Source of the DNA: Solirubrobacteraceae bacterium
GTDB taxonomy: Bacteria > Actinomycetota > Thermoleophilia > Solirubrobacterales > Solirubrobacteraceae
Assembly (NCBI GenBank): GCA_030447275.1
Contig: JAUJPF010000001.1
Location: 90,999 to 154,998, forward strand
DNA length: 64,000 bases
Reading direction: 5' to 3'
The notes beneath the pieces were generated by a model that saw only the letters and a program-made list of their open reading frames with translations, was not told the origin of the DNA and did no database searches. Position numbers and translations under genes: made by a program. Shown here piece after piece: positions 28,064 through 37,131 of the stretch. Each line of letters begins with the position of its first letter. Position 1 is the stretch's first letter.

Positions 28064-29008
28064 TCAGCCAGCGCGCCGCGCGGCGACGAGGTCGCGCGAC
28101 GCTCCGTCCCACCCTGGGCGGGCGAACGCGAACCCGCCCTCGAGCAGCCGCCCGGGGACGACCCGCCGGCTCTTGAGGATCAGCTCGGTCTCCGTGCGCA
28201 GCGCGAGCGCGCCCGCCTCGAGCATCCAGCGCGTCGCGGGGAGCCCGATGCGCGTCCCCCACGCCTCGCGCAGCTGCGCGAACAGCTCGCGCTGCGGCAG
28301 CGGGTTCGGCGAGGCGACGTTGACCGCGCCCTCCACGCCGTCGTGCTCGATCAGCCAGCGCAGCGCGGCGACGAAGTCCTCGTGGTGGATCCACGAGACG
28401 TACTGGCGCCCGCCCGCCGCGGGCCCGGCCAGCCGGAGCCGCACGAGGCGCAGCAGGACGTCGAAGACGCCCCCGCGGTCCGGGCTCATGACCATCGCCG
28501 AGCGCAGCAGCACCTTGCGCGTGTGCGGCGTCACGGCCTCGCTCGCGGCACGCTCCCACGCCTTCGCCACGTCGATGCTGAAGCGCCACGTGTCGGGCGC
28601 GCCCGGCTCGTCGCCGCCGAGGATGCCCGTGCGCTCGTCGTTGGGCGCGTCGTAGCGGTGCGCGTAGATCGTCGCGGTGCTCGACTGGAGCCACAGCGCA
28701 GGCGGGTCGGAGGCGCGCGCGATCGCCTCCCCCAGCACGCGCGTCGAGTCGACCCGCGAGTCCATCATCGCCCGCCGGTTGGCCGCGTTGTAGCGGCAGT
28801 CGACGCTGCGCCCCGCGAGGTTGACGACGACGTCGGCGCCGTCGACGTGCTCGGCCCACGGCCCGAGCGTCCGCCCGTCCCACGGCACGGTGGAGCCTCG
28901 GCCCGAGCGGCTCAGGATCACGACCTCGTGCCCGGCGGCGGCGAACGCCCGGCGGAGGATCGTGCCCACCTGCCCTGTCCCGCCCGCCAGCACGATCATT
29001 TTGACCAT
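28064..29008 (-). CDS. TIGR01777/YfcH-type NAD-dependent epimerase family protein (DUF1731 C-terminus)
   Basis: MIVLAGGTGQVG Rossmann motif ... WIHHEDFV ... SRRVVPGRLLEGGF. The probable start is ATG 29008 or 28999 rather than 29047. Confidence 0.85.
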   Translation of the reverse strand: MVKMIVLAGGTGQVGTILRRAFAAAGHEVVILSRSGRGSTVPWDGRTLGPWAEHVDGADVVVNLAGRSVDCRYNAANRRAMMDSRVDSTRVLGEAIARASDPPALWLQSSTATIYAHRYDAPNDERTGILGGDEPGAPDTWRFSIDVAKAWERAASEAVTPHTRKVLLRSAMVMSPDRGGVFDVLLRLVRLRLAGPAAGGRQYVSWIHHEDFVAALRWLIEHDGVEGAVNVASPNPLPQRELFAQLREAWGTRIGLPATRWMLEAGALALRTETELILKSRRVVPGRLLEGGFAFARPGWDGASRDLVAARRAG

Positions 29009-29045
29009 GTGGTCAAGAATAGCGCGCCGGGTAGCCCGGGTCTCC

Positions 29046-29210
29046 ATGGCCTCGCGACCGTTCGATCCCGCGCTCCGCGGCGTCCTCGACTACTCGACCG
29101 GAGCGCTGCTCCGGGTCCTCCCGAAGGCGCTCGACATCGAAGGCTCCACCGCGGCGCGGATCATGCGCGGCTCGGGCGCAGCGCACGCGGGCTACAGCCG
29201 GTCGCGATGA
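29046..29210 (+). CDS. Small hypothetical protein (54 aa)
   Basis: ATG ORF with GC-rich third positions (MASRPFDPALRGVLDYSTGALLRVLPKAL...). Its stop overlaps the next ATG (ATGA at 29207-29210). Confidence 0.35.
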   Translation: MASRPFDPALRGVLDYSTGALLRVLPKALDIEGSTAARIMRGSGAAHAGYSRSR

Positions 29211-29380
29211 CAGAGTCGGGCGAGGGCAACCACCCGGAGCGCCCCGAGAAGGGCACGAAGCGCTCGGTCGCCGACGCGCCGCCCGCGTTCCCGTCCGGGC
29301 ATCCGGCGCGCGAGGCGCGCTTCACGCGCGAGGGCGCGGGCGCGCCGGGCGGCAACGGCGCGTCGACCGACAGCTACTAG
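29207..29380 (+). CDS. Small hydrophilic hypothetical protein (57 aa)
   Basis: MTESGEGNHPERPEKGTKRSVADAPP... ; GC-rich third positions, ATGA-coupled to the preceding small ORF. The pair could instead be one frameshifted gene. Confidence 0.3.
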   Translation: MTESGEGNHPERPEKGTKRSVADAPPAFPSGHPAREARFTREGAGAPGGNGASTDSY

Positions 29381-30606
29381 GCGGGCGCCTCGTCGCGGCG
29401 CGGGCTGCGGGCGCCGCGGCGCCCGGCGGCGGCGATCTCCTCGACCGCGTCGCACAGCCGGGCGGCCTCGGCGGCGGTGTTGTAGTGCAGGAAGCCGGCC
29501 CGGACGGCGCCGCCGTGCTCCTCGAGGCCGAGCGCCTCCATGAGCGACAGCGCGTAGTAGTTGCCGTCCCACACGAACACGTCGCGCTCGGCGAGCTGCT
29601 CGGCCACCGCGCGCGGGCTCGTGCCGTCGACCGTGAAGCAGAAGGTCGGCGTCCGCGCCGCCGGGTCGTCGACGCCGTGGAGCGTCACGCCGTCGATCGC
29701 GGTCAGCCGCTCGAGGACGTCCCGCGAGAGCGACTCCTCGTGCTCGCGGATCCGCGCGTACGCCGCGTCGAGGTCGCCGCCGCCGAGGCCGGCGATGTAG
29801 TCGATGGCCGCGACCGTCCCGGCGAGCGCCTCGAACGACGGCGTGCCGGTCTCGAACCGGTGGCCGGCGGGCGTCTCGCTCGCGGGCCGCACGCGGTCGG
29901 CGGGCCACGACTCCGCGAGGTTGCGCCGGATCGCCGCCACGCCGAGGTGCGGGCCGAAGAACTTGTAGGGCGAGCACAGCAGCACGTCGAGCCCGAGCGC
30001 CGCGCGGTCGGGCCGGCGGTGCGGCGCGTAGTGCACGGCGTCGCCCCACGCCAGCGCGCCGGCGGCGTGCGCCGCCTCGGCGATCCGCCGCGCGTCGGTC
30101 AGCGACCCGACGGCGTTCGACGCCAGCGTGAACGCGACGACGCGCGTGCGGTCACCGAGGAGCCCCTCGAGCGCGTCGACGTCGAGCGTCGCGTCCTCGG
30201 CCCGCACCGGCGCGGTGCGGACGACGAGCCCGTGGTCCTCGGCGACGCGCAGCCACGGCGCGACGTTCGCGTCGTGGTCGAGCTCGGTCACGACGATCTC
30301 GTCGCCGGGAGCGAGCGTCCGCGCGACCGCGTGCGCGAGCAGGAAGTTGAGCGTCGTCATGTTCGCGCCGAACGCGATCTCCTCCGGCGCGCTCCCGGTC
30401 AGCGCGCCGCCCGCGCGCCGCGCCGCGGCGATCAGCTCGATCGTCTCGCGCGAGGTCGCGAACACGCCGCCGTCGTTCGCGGTCCCGCGACGGAGGTGGC
30501 CGGCGATCGCCTCGATGACCTCCTCGGGCGCCTGCGAGCCGCCGGGGCCGTCGAGGAACGCGGCGCCGCGCGCCAGCGCCGGGAAGCGGGAGCGGACATG
30601 TTCCAT
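29377..30606 (-). CDS. Class V aminotransferase / cysteine-desulfurase-like PLP enzyme
   Basis: 409 aa. FLDGPGGSQAP, TELDHDANV, DAVHYAPH and CSPYKFFGPH (PLP-Lys region). Confidence 0.85.
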   Translation of the reverse strand: MEHVRSRFPALARGAAFLDGPGGSQAPEEVIEAIAGHLRRGTANDGGVFATSRETIELIAAARRAGGALTGSAPEEIAFGANMTTLNFLLAHAVARTLAPGDEIVVTELDHDANVAPWLRVAEDHGLVVRTAPVRAEDATLDVDALEGLLGDRTRVVAFTLASNAVGSLTDARRIAEAAHAAGALAWGDAVHYAPHRRPDRAALGLDVLLCSPYKFFGPHLGVAAIRRNLAESWPADRVRPASETPAGHRFETGTPSFEALAGTVAAIDYIAGLGGGDLDAAYARIREHEESLSRDVLERLTAIDGVTLHGVDDPAARTPTFCFTVDGTSPRAVAEQLAERDVFVWDGNYYALSLMEALGLEEHGGAVRAGFLHYNTAAEAARLCDAVEEIAAAGRRGARSPRRDEAPA

Positions 30607-30672
30607 CGGACGGAGGGTACGGACGCGGCATGAAGATCCCCGCCGGCCCGCTGCTCAACCGCCCGCAGCGGC

Positions 30673-31299
30673 TCAGAGGTGCGCCACGTCGTTGAAGCTG
30701 CGCAGCAGCCAGCGGCCGTCGCCCAGCACGACCAGGCGGGTGATCGAGCCGTTGTCGGCGTGGACGAACGCGAACGGGCGGCTGCTCGTCGCCTGCCGGC
30801 AGATCTCGCCGATGACGCCGCCGTGCACGACCGCGGCGGCGACGTTGCCCGGACCGGTCGCCGCCACGATCGCCTCGACGCCCGCGCGCACCCGCGCGGC
30901 GACCGCGTCCGGCGCCTCCGCGCCGGGGATGACGTCCCAGCGCTCCTCGTCGACGACGCGCCGCGCGAGCGGGTCCCCGTCGGCCATGCGGATGCGGAAC
31001 TCGCCGCCCTCCCACTCCCCCAGGCTGATCTCGCACAGATCCTCGATCGCCGCCGGCTCGAGCGCGGTGCGCGCGGCGAGCGGCGCCGCCGTCTGCGCCG
31101 TGCGCTGAAGGGGCGTGACGAACAGCGCGGAGAGCGGCTCGGCGCAAAGGCGCTCGGCGACCGCCGCGGCCTGCGCCTCGCCCTCCGGCGACAGCGGCGG
31201 ATCGCCTCGGCCGAGGACGAGCGGGAAGCGCTCCCCCGGCACCACCGGCGCCGACGCGCCGTGGCGGACGAGCACGACCTCGGTGGCGTCGGGCGGCAA
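30673..31299 (-). CDS. Histidine phosphatase (phosphoglycerate-mutase-like) family protein
   Basis: VLVRHGAS (RHG motif), [24 protein letters not shown]. Confidence 0.85.
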   Translation of the reverse strand: MPPDATEVVLVRHGASAPVVPGERFPLVLGRGDPPLSPEGEAQAAAVAERLCAEPLSALFVTPLQRTAQTAAPLAARTALEPAAIEDLCEISLGEWEGGEFRIRMADGDPLARRVVDEERWDVIPGAEAPDAVAARVRAGVEAIVAATGPGNVAAAVVHGGVIGEICRQATSSRPFAFVHADNGSITRLVVLGDGRWLLRSFNDVAHL

Positions 31300-31328
31300 C
31301 GCGAAAGCGCGCTGCGGATAGCGCTCGG

Positions 31329-31772
31329 TCAGGTCTTCTTCGCGGACGAACGCCGGCGCGTGCCGGTCGACGACGCCCTGCTCGTCGAGGACTTCGTCGT
31401 CGCGCGCTTGCGCGTCGCCGCGCCCTTCTTCGCTGCGGTGCTCCGCGTCGCCGCAGTCTTCTTCGCAGCGGTGCTGCGCGTCGCCGCGCCCTTCTTCGCA
31501 GCGGTGCTGCGCGCGGTCGCCTTGCGCGCCCGCGTTCGCGCCGCCTTCTTCGCGGCCTCGGAGCGCGTCGGCGACTTGCCGGTGATCCGACCCTCGAGCT
31601 CGTCGGCCAGGCTGCGAAGATCGTCGATGAGGCGCTGCGCCGTCTGCTGACTCGCCGCTGCGCCGCTGCGGCCGGCGCCGGCCGCGTCGCTCAGCACGCG
31701 GGCGGCGCGCTTGCGCAGACCACGCGCGCGGAGCATCTCGAACAGCTCGTCGGTCCTGGACGTGTCGGCCAT
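31329..31772 (-). CDS. Basic protein with a histone-H1-like Ala/Lys repeat tail
   Basis: ATG 31772 is preceded by GAGGAGAGGG. The N-terminal helical domain of about 70 aa is followed by [11 protein letters not shown]-type repeats. Confidence 0.7.
   Translation of the reverse strand: MADTSRTDELFEMLRARGLRKRAARVLSDAAGAGRSGAAASQQTAQRLIDDLRSLADELEGRITGKSPTRSEAAKKAARTRARKATARSTAAKKGAATRSTAAKKTAATRSTAAKKGAATRKRATTKSSTSRASSTGTRRRSSAKKT
31410..31508. repeat. Three tandem 33-bp repeats inside the histone-like gene
   Basis: The units 31410-31442, 31443-31475 and 31476-31508 differ at only a few positions and encode RSTAAKK(G/T)AAT. Confidence 0.9.
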
Positions 31773-31952
31773 GCCCTCTCCTCGGCTCGCAGCAGGTGTC
31801 ACACGACCATGCCCCGACGGGGTTGTGTTTATGCTTGCGTCGTCCGGCCGGGCCTACGAGGGTCTCCGGCGCAACGCAGTGAATCAGCGCCCGCAGTCGT
31901 CGCCGATGTGCCGCTTCGGATCGCAGTTCACACCGTACGAGGAGAGGTCGGC

Positions 31953-32156
31953 ATGGCGACCGGGACCGTCAAGTGGTTCAACGATGACAAGGGCTTCGGG
32001 TTCATCACGCCCGACGAGGGGGGCAAGGACCTCTTCGTGCACCACACGGGCATCAACTCCGGCGGGTTCCGCTCGCTGACCGAGGGCGCCCGCGTCTCGT
32101 TCGAGGCCGAGGCGGGCGACAAGGGCCCGAAGGCCGTCAACGTCCAGCCGCTCTAG
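31953..32156 (+). CDS. cspA: Cold-shock protein (CspA family)
   Basis: [34 protein letters not shown] (RNP1/RNP2). GGAGAGG lies 6 nt upstream. A leader of about 150 nt follows the divergent gene. Confidence 0.95.
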   Translation: MATGTVKWFNDDKGFGFITPDEGGKDLFVHHTGINSGGFRSLTEGARVSFEAEAGDKGPKAVNVQPL

Positions 32157-32189
32157 AGCGGCGCTGTCGGGCGTCTCGGTGTCGGGGCC

Positions 32190-32633
32190 GTGAGCTCGAG
32201 CCCCGAGGCGTGGGGCGTCTGGCGGATCCCCGAGACGGAGCTCGGCGTCCTCGGCGACGTCAGCGGGCTCGACGTCCTCGAGCTCGGCTGCGGCGCGGCG
32301 CAGTGGTCGATCGCGCTCGCGTGGTGCTGGGGCACGCCGCTGCTCGAGTCGTGCTGGCCGGTCGACATGGAGGCGCCGGGGACCGAGCTCGTGCGCGACA
32401 TGTTCGGCATGCACCGCTTCGTCGACGAGACGGACGGCAGCATCGTCTTCATGCTCCCCCACCCCGCCACGATTGCCGCGCTGGGCGGTGCCGGCCTCGT
32501 CGTCGAGTCGCTGCTCGAGCTCCAGCCACCACCGGACGCGACGAGCACCTACCGCCCGGCGCCCGAGGAGCTCGCGTGGGCGCGGGGCTGGCCGATGGAG
32601 GAGATCTGGCGTGCCCGCAAGCGGGTCGCATGA
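32190..32633 (+). pseudogene. Class I SAM-dependent methyltransferase remnant (5'-truncated and internally deleted, still in frame)
   Basis: Motif I VLELGCGAAQWSIALA is followed directly by the C-terminal segment CWPVD...LVRDMFGMHRF...STYRP...WARGWPMEEIW. Roughly 100 aa of Rossmann core expected between them are absent. Confidence 0.5.
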
Positions 32634-33655
32634 CGCCGCGACCGGTCTTCGACGGCCACAACGACATGCTCACCGCCTGCGAGCCCGCGGACTTCACCGG
32701 CGGGCGCGACGACGGGCACTTGGACCTCGCGCGCTGCCGCGCCGGCGGCTTCGCCGGCGGGATCTTCGCAATCTTCAGCCCGACGCCGGGCGACGAGCCG
32801 GAGTGGCCCGACATCGGGCCGTACGACGTCCCGCCCGCGGACCCGCTCGACCACGCCGAAGCCCTCGCCCACGCGGCGACGAGCGCGGCGAAGCTCTTCG
32901 CGCTCGAGGCGCTCGGCGCCGTCCGCGTCGTGCGCGGCACCGCCGACCTCGACCGCGCGCCCGACGAGGGACGGATCGCGGCGGTCCTGCACCTGGAGGG
33001 CGCCGAGGCGATCGCGCCCGACCTCGCGAACCTCGACATGTGGTACGAGGCGGGGCTGCGCTCGCTCGGGCCGGTGTGGAGCCGGCCGAACGCGTTCGCG
33101 CACGGCGTCCCGTTCCGCTTTCCGGGCTCGCCCGACGTCGGGCCGGGCTTGTCGAAGGAGGGCGAGCGGCTTGTGCGGCGCTGCAACGAGCTGGGGATCG
33201 TGGTCGACACGAGCCACCTCAACGAGGCGGGGTTCTGGGACGTCGCGCGGATCACCGGCGCGCCGCTCGTCGCCTCGCACTCCGGCGTGCACGCGCTGTG
33301 CGAGAGCTCGCGGAACTTGTCTCAGGAGCAGCTCGAGGCGATCGGCACCACGGGCGGCCTCGTTGGCATCGTCTTCGCCGTCGGCTTCCTGCGCGCCGAT
33401 GGCAACTACGACGCCGACACACCGCTCGAGACGATCGTCGCCCACGCACGCCACGTCGCCGACCGCATCGGCGTCGACCACGTCGCGCTCGGGTCGGACT
33501 TCGACGGCGCGCGCATCCCGGCCCCGCTCGGCGACGCCGCCGGCCTCCCCCGCCTGCTCGACGCGCTGCGCGACGGCGGCTTCACCGGCGACGAGATCGA
33601 CCGGATCGCGTGGGGCAACTGGCGCCGGGTGCTCGGCGCGAGCTGGACGGCGTAG
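32630..33655 (+). CDS. Membrane-dipeptidase family (peptidase M19) protein
   Basis: FDGHNDM, HLEGAEA, VDTSHL, ASHSG and LGSDFDG motifs. ATGA overlap with the upstream ORF. Confidence 0.9.
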   Translation: MTPRPVFDGHNDMLTACEPADFTGGRDDGHLDLARCRAGGFAGGIFAIFSPTPGDEPEWPDIGPYDVPPADPLDHAEALAHAATSAAKLFALEALGAVRVVRGTADLDRAPDEGRIAAVLHLEGAEAIAPDLANLDMWYEAGLRSLGPVWSRPNAFAHGVPFRFPGSPDVGPGLSKEGERLVRRCNELGIVVDTSHLNEAGFWDVARITGAPLVASHSGVHALCESSRNLSQEQLEAIGTTGGLVGIVFAVGFLRADGNYDADTPLETIVAHARHVADRIGVDHVALGSDFDGARIPAPLGDAAGLPRLLDALRDGGFTGDEIDRIAWGNWRRVLGASWTA

Positions 33656-33671
33656 CGAGAGGCGGCCTGAC

Positions 33672-33697
33672 CCGGACGGGCCGTTCGGCCCGCCCGG
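33672..33697 (+). terminator. GC-rich hairpin after the dipeptidase gene
   Basis: CCGGACGGGCCG-TT-CGGCCCGCCCGG has a 7-bp core stem plus a 4-bp outer stem with bulges, 17 nt after the stop. No U-tract. Confidence 0.35.
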
Positions 33698-34192
33698 TGC
33701 CGCCCCAGACTCGATCGACGCTGTCCTGCTTGTCCCAGGACTGAAGTGTCTGCCTGGGCTGGCGACACTCCCAACCGCCGGGACTGGCCGCCGGCCACGA
33801 GGGCCGGCGCGTTGCCGCGGCTGGGCGCCTCGAGGGACGCCCGTGGTCGAGTGGCCGATCCGCCGGAGGCAGCAGCGTAGCCGGACCGCGCGTGGCTGTG
33901 CACGGCCTTGGCGCCGGGAACGTGCACAGAGCGACGAAGCGCGCCCCGGCGCGCTTCGCGGGCCGCGACGATGCAGGCGACCTTTCGGGAAAGGTCAAGG
34001 CCGGAAGCCGACACGTCGCGCCCCGGACGCTGGGCCGGTTGCCCCCCTTCACGCCCGGCGTCCGGGCGCCTCGTGCCGCTGCTCGCGTCGCCGCCCGCCC
34101 GGTCGCGCCGGAGAAAAAGGTGTGCGATTCGGGGTGGAACTTCTTCCGATCGAGGGTCATCGTGTGCGCCGTCCCCAAGCAGGTCGGAGGAA

Positions 34193-34387
34193 ATGAAGAC
34201 GATGGCCCACGAGCGCTGGGCGAAGCGAATGGACGATGCCGTGCAGACCGCCTGGCTGCGCGGTCTGCGCTCGACGGCGCGTTCCGAGAAGGGCGCCACC
34301 GCGCCGAGCCTCCTCGCGAAGGCTCCGCGCACGAAGCAGTCGCTGGCCAACTTGGACCGCACGGTTTCCGCGGGGGCGGACCGCTAG
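34193..34387 (+). CDS. Small basic hypothetical protein (61-64 aa)
   Basis: GGAGGA lies upstream of ATG 34193 and ATG 34202. Most third positions are G/C (MAHERWAKRMDDAVQTAWLRGLRSTARSEKG...). The stop overlaps the convergent GntR stop. Confidence 0.4.
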   Translation: MKTMAHERWAKRMDDAVQTAWLRGLRSTARSEKGATAPSLLAKAPRTKQSLANLDRTVSAGADR

Positions 34388-35073
34388 GCGGGTGAGCGGC
34401 CGGGCGCGCCCTTCGCGTCCGGCCCGCCCTGCTCCAGCAGATCGATCACGGCGCGCGCCGACGCGCGCAGGTGCTCGCGCAGCGCGTCGGGACCGCGCTG
34501 CTCGAGGTCGTCGACGAGCTGCTCGTGGTCGCCGGCCATGCGCTCGTACGTCCACGACGGCCTGAGCTGGACGAGGAAGAGCCGCGTCTCCGCGGCGAGC
34601 GCACGGTGGGCGGCGGCGATGCGCGGGCTGTGCGACGCGGCGACGAGCGCGTGGTGCACGTCCTCGTGGGCGTCGACGACGGCGCTCCACCGCGGGCGCG
34701 CGCGCCGGCACGCCTGCGCGAGCCGCGCGGTCGCCGCGTGGACCTCGGCGGGCAGTGCGCCGTCGTAGCGCTCGAGCGCGAGCCGCGCCGCCTCGAGCTC
34801 GAGCGCGGCGCGCAGCTCGTAGAGGCCCTGGACGGCGGCGGCGTCGAGCGCGGCGACGCGCGCGCCGCGGTGCGGCTCGACGACGACGAGCCCCTCGGCC
34901 TCGAGCGCGCGCAGCGCCGCGCGGACGGTGTGCCGTGCGACGTCGTAGCCGGTGCTCAGCTCCTGCTCGCGCAGGCGCGCGCCGCCGCCCAGCTCGCCGT
35001 CGAGGATCCGCGCGCGCAGCGCCTCCGCGAGCGCGTCGACGGTCGAGCGGCGGTCGAGCGGCGTGACGCTCAC
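34384..35073 (-). CDS. GntR-family (FadR/FCD subfamily) transcriptional regulator
   Basis: LREQELSTGYDVARHTVRAALRALEAEGLVVVEPHRGARV wHTH plus a helical FCD domain. GTGA overlap with the EamA gene at 35070-35073. Confidence 0.85.
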   Translation of the reverse strand: MSVTPLDRRSTVDALAEALRARILDGELGGGARLREQELSTGYDVARHTVRAALRALEAEGLVVVEPHRGARVAALDAAAVQGLYELRAALELEAARLALERYDGALPAEVHAATARLAQACRRARPRWSAVVDAHEDVHHALVAASHSPRIAAAHRALAAETRLFLVQLRPSWTYERMAGDHEQLVDDLEQRGPDALREHLRASARAVIDLLEQGGPDAKGAPGRSPA

Positions 35074-35978
35074 GCCGCGGCCTTCGCTGGGCGCGAAGCG
35101 GTGCGCGCGGCGCGTGTCGGGCGCGCCGGCAGCGCGAGCGCGGCGAGACCGCCGAGCACGAGCGCGGCCCCGGCGACCGCGAGCGCGCCGGGGCGCTCCG
35201 ACAGGACGAGCGCGCCGAGGACGCTCGCCGTCAGCGGCTCGGCGAGCGTCAGCGTCGCGGTCTCCCCCGCGCCGAGGACGCGCAGCCCGCGCGCGAAGAG
35301 GACGTAGGCGAGCGCGGTGGGGATCGCGCCGAGGTAGAGCGCGAGCAGGATCCCGTCGACGGTGGTGAACGGCGCGCCGCCGGACGCGACGAGCAGCGGG
35401 GCGAGCAGCAGCGCGGCGGCGCCGAAGCCGCGCGCCATGACCGCCTCGGGCGGGTGGCCGGCGTCGAGCATGCGCTTCGAGCCGACGGTGTAGACGGCGT
35501 ACGACGCGCCGGCGACGAGCGCGAGGCCGACGCCCGCGAGCGAGACGCGCGCGTCGCTGCCGGCGAGCACGAGAAGGACGACGCCCGCGGTGGCGAGCGC
35601 CGTACACGCCGCCCAGCGGCCGGTGAGCGGCGTGCCGCCGACGACCCGGCCGAGGAGACCGGCCATCGCGGGCGCCGACCCGAGCGCGACCACGGTCCCC
35701 ACCGCGACGCCGGTGTCCTCGACGGCGGCGAAGAACGACAGCTGGTAGCCGGCGACGCCGACCGCGGTTCCGGCGAGGGCCGGCAGCGGCCAGGCCGGGC
35801 TGCCCTCCCCCCGCCGCGCACGCCGCTCCACCGCCCACGCCGCGAGCGCGAGCAGCGCTGCACCCACGGCGATCCTCCCCGCCCCCACGCTGAGCGGCGA
35901 CCCCTCCGGGCCGAGCGCCTGCGCGGTGCCGGTCGTCCCGAAGAGGATGGCCGCGAGGAGGACGAGGGCGCGCGGCAT
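35070..35978 (-). CDS. EamA/DMT-family transporter
   Basis: 302 aa with about 10 TM helices and the duplicated EamA pattern. Confidence 0.8.
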   Translation of the reverse strand: MPRALVLLAAILFGTTGTAQALGPEGSPLSVGAGRIAVGAALLALAAWAVERRARRGEGSPAWPLPALAGTAVGVAGYQLSFFAAVEDTGVAVGTVVALGSAPAMAGLLGRVVGGTPLTGRWAACTALATAGVVLLVLAGSDARVSLAGVGLALVAGASYAVYTVGSKRMLDAGHPPEAVMARGFGAAALLLAPLLVASGGAPFTTVDGILLALYLGAIPTALAYVLFARGLRVLGAGETATLTLAEPLTASVLGALVLSERPGALAVAGAALVLGGLAALALPARPTRAARTASRPAKAAA

Positions 35979-35998
35979 TGACCGGATTGGTCCACAAT

Positions 35999-36625
35999 TC
36001 AACGGCCGGGCGCAAACCGCAGCCGGTGCAGCCCGACCCCGGGCGGCTCGTGCGCGCCGGTGCTGACGACCTCGGCCCCGGCCGCGGCGGCGCCGACGAG
36101 GAAGTCGGGGAACGGCGGGCGGTTCGGGTCGGCGAGCCACACCTCCCCGCCCAGGCGCGGCAGCAGCTCGAGCAGCAGCGGTACGTTGCGCCGCTCGTAG
36201 AGGACGTCGGCGGCGAGGACGAGGTCCCACGGGGCGCGCTCGACGAGCTCGTCCGGGCGCTCCCACGCGCAGACCCCCGTCTCGACGTTCGCGCCGTTGC
36301 GCAGCGCGTTTCGCCTCGCGAGCGCCAGCGCCTCCTCCGACCAGTCGGTCGCGAGCACCCGCGCGCCGCCGAGCGCCGCGGCGATGCTCGGCAGCGCGAG
36401 GCCGCCGCACCCCAGCTCGACGACCCGCTTGCCGCGCACCGGCCGCGACCACACCTCGCGCGCGAGCGCGGCGCCGCTCGGCCACAGCTCGGCCCAGTAC
36501 GGCATCCGCTCCTCGCGCTCGAACGCCTCTTCGTCGAGCAGCGACTCCGAGTCGCGCGGGCGCAGCACCGCCAGCTCGCGATCGGGCAGCGGGACGATCT
36601 CCTCCACCAGGTCCACGACGCGCAA
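35999..36625 (-). CDS. Class I SAM-dependent methyltransferase (Nnt1/METTL21-like)
   Basis: YWAELWPSGAALA ... VVELGCGGLALPSIAAA ... LAADVLYE. Confidence 0.75.
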   Translation of the reverse strand: MRVVDLVEEIVPLPDRELAVLRPRDSESLLDEEAFEREERMPYWAELWPSGAALAREVWSRPVRGKRVVELGCGGLALPSIAAALGGARVLATDWSEEALALARRNALRNGANVETGVCAWERPDELVERAPWDLVLAADVLYERRNVPLLLELLPRLGGEVWLADPNRPPFPDFLVGAAAAGAEVVSTGAHEPPGVGLHRLRFAPGR

Positions 36626-36636
36626 AGCTACGCGGC

Positions 36637-37131
36637 GTGACCCTTGCGTACGTCTTCTGGCACTGGCCCGCGCAGCACGACGGCTACGAGACGGCCATCG
36701 AGCGCTTCCACGCGGCGCTCGACCGTCCGGGCACGGCGACGTTCCGGCTCGAGCGCGCGCCGTGGGAGAGCCCGCGCGACGCGCCGTACGAGGACTGGTA
36801 TCCGGTCGACGACTGGACTGCGCTCGGCGAGCTCAACGACTTCGCGGTCAGCGGCAGCCGCAGGGCGCCGCACGACGCCGTCGCGCACATGTCGCGCTCC
36901 GGCGCCGGCGGCGTCTACCGCCGGCTCCAGGACGGCCCGCCGCTGGGCGAGGTGCGCTTCGCCGCGTGGCTCGACCGGCGGCCGCCGCCGCTCCCGGCCG
37001 GCGCCGCAGTGTGGCAGCGTCAGCTCGTGCTCGGGCCGGCGCCGGAGTACGCGGTCCTCGGGGCGTCCCCGGTCGCGCTCGACGCGGGCGGCGTCCTCAC
37101 CGGGCCGCGGCTCGTCGCCGCGCGGGCCTGA
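36637..37131 (+). CDS. Hypothetical protein
   Basis: 164-aa ORF (MTLAYVFWHWPAQHDGYETAIERFHAAL...) with normal composition. Confidence 0.55.
   Translation: MTLAYVFWHWPAQHDGYETAIERFHAALDRPGTATFRLERAPWESPRDAPYEDWYPVDDWTALGELNDFAVSGSRRAPHDAVAHMSRSGAGGVYRRLQDGPPLGEVRFAAWLDRRPPPLPAGAAVWQRQLVLGPAPEYAVLGASPVALDAGGVLTGPRLVAARA

Noticed and set aside
33700-34190. RNase P RNA, tmRNA, SRP RNA or a ZTP riboswitch in the non-coding gap
   Set aside because: I looked for GAGGAAAGTCCGG and ACAGAACCCGGC (RNase P), for a GGGGCTGA...TCCACCA frame (tmRNA), for GGTCAGGTCCGGAAGGAAGCAGC (SRP) and for GACTGGCG...CCGCCTGGGCA (ZTP). Only weak partial resemblances were found (AAGGTCAAGGCCGGAAGCCGAC; GGGACTGGCC...GCGGCTGGGCG). 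No known ZTP-regulated gene lies downstream.
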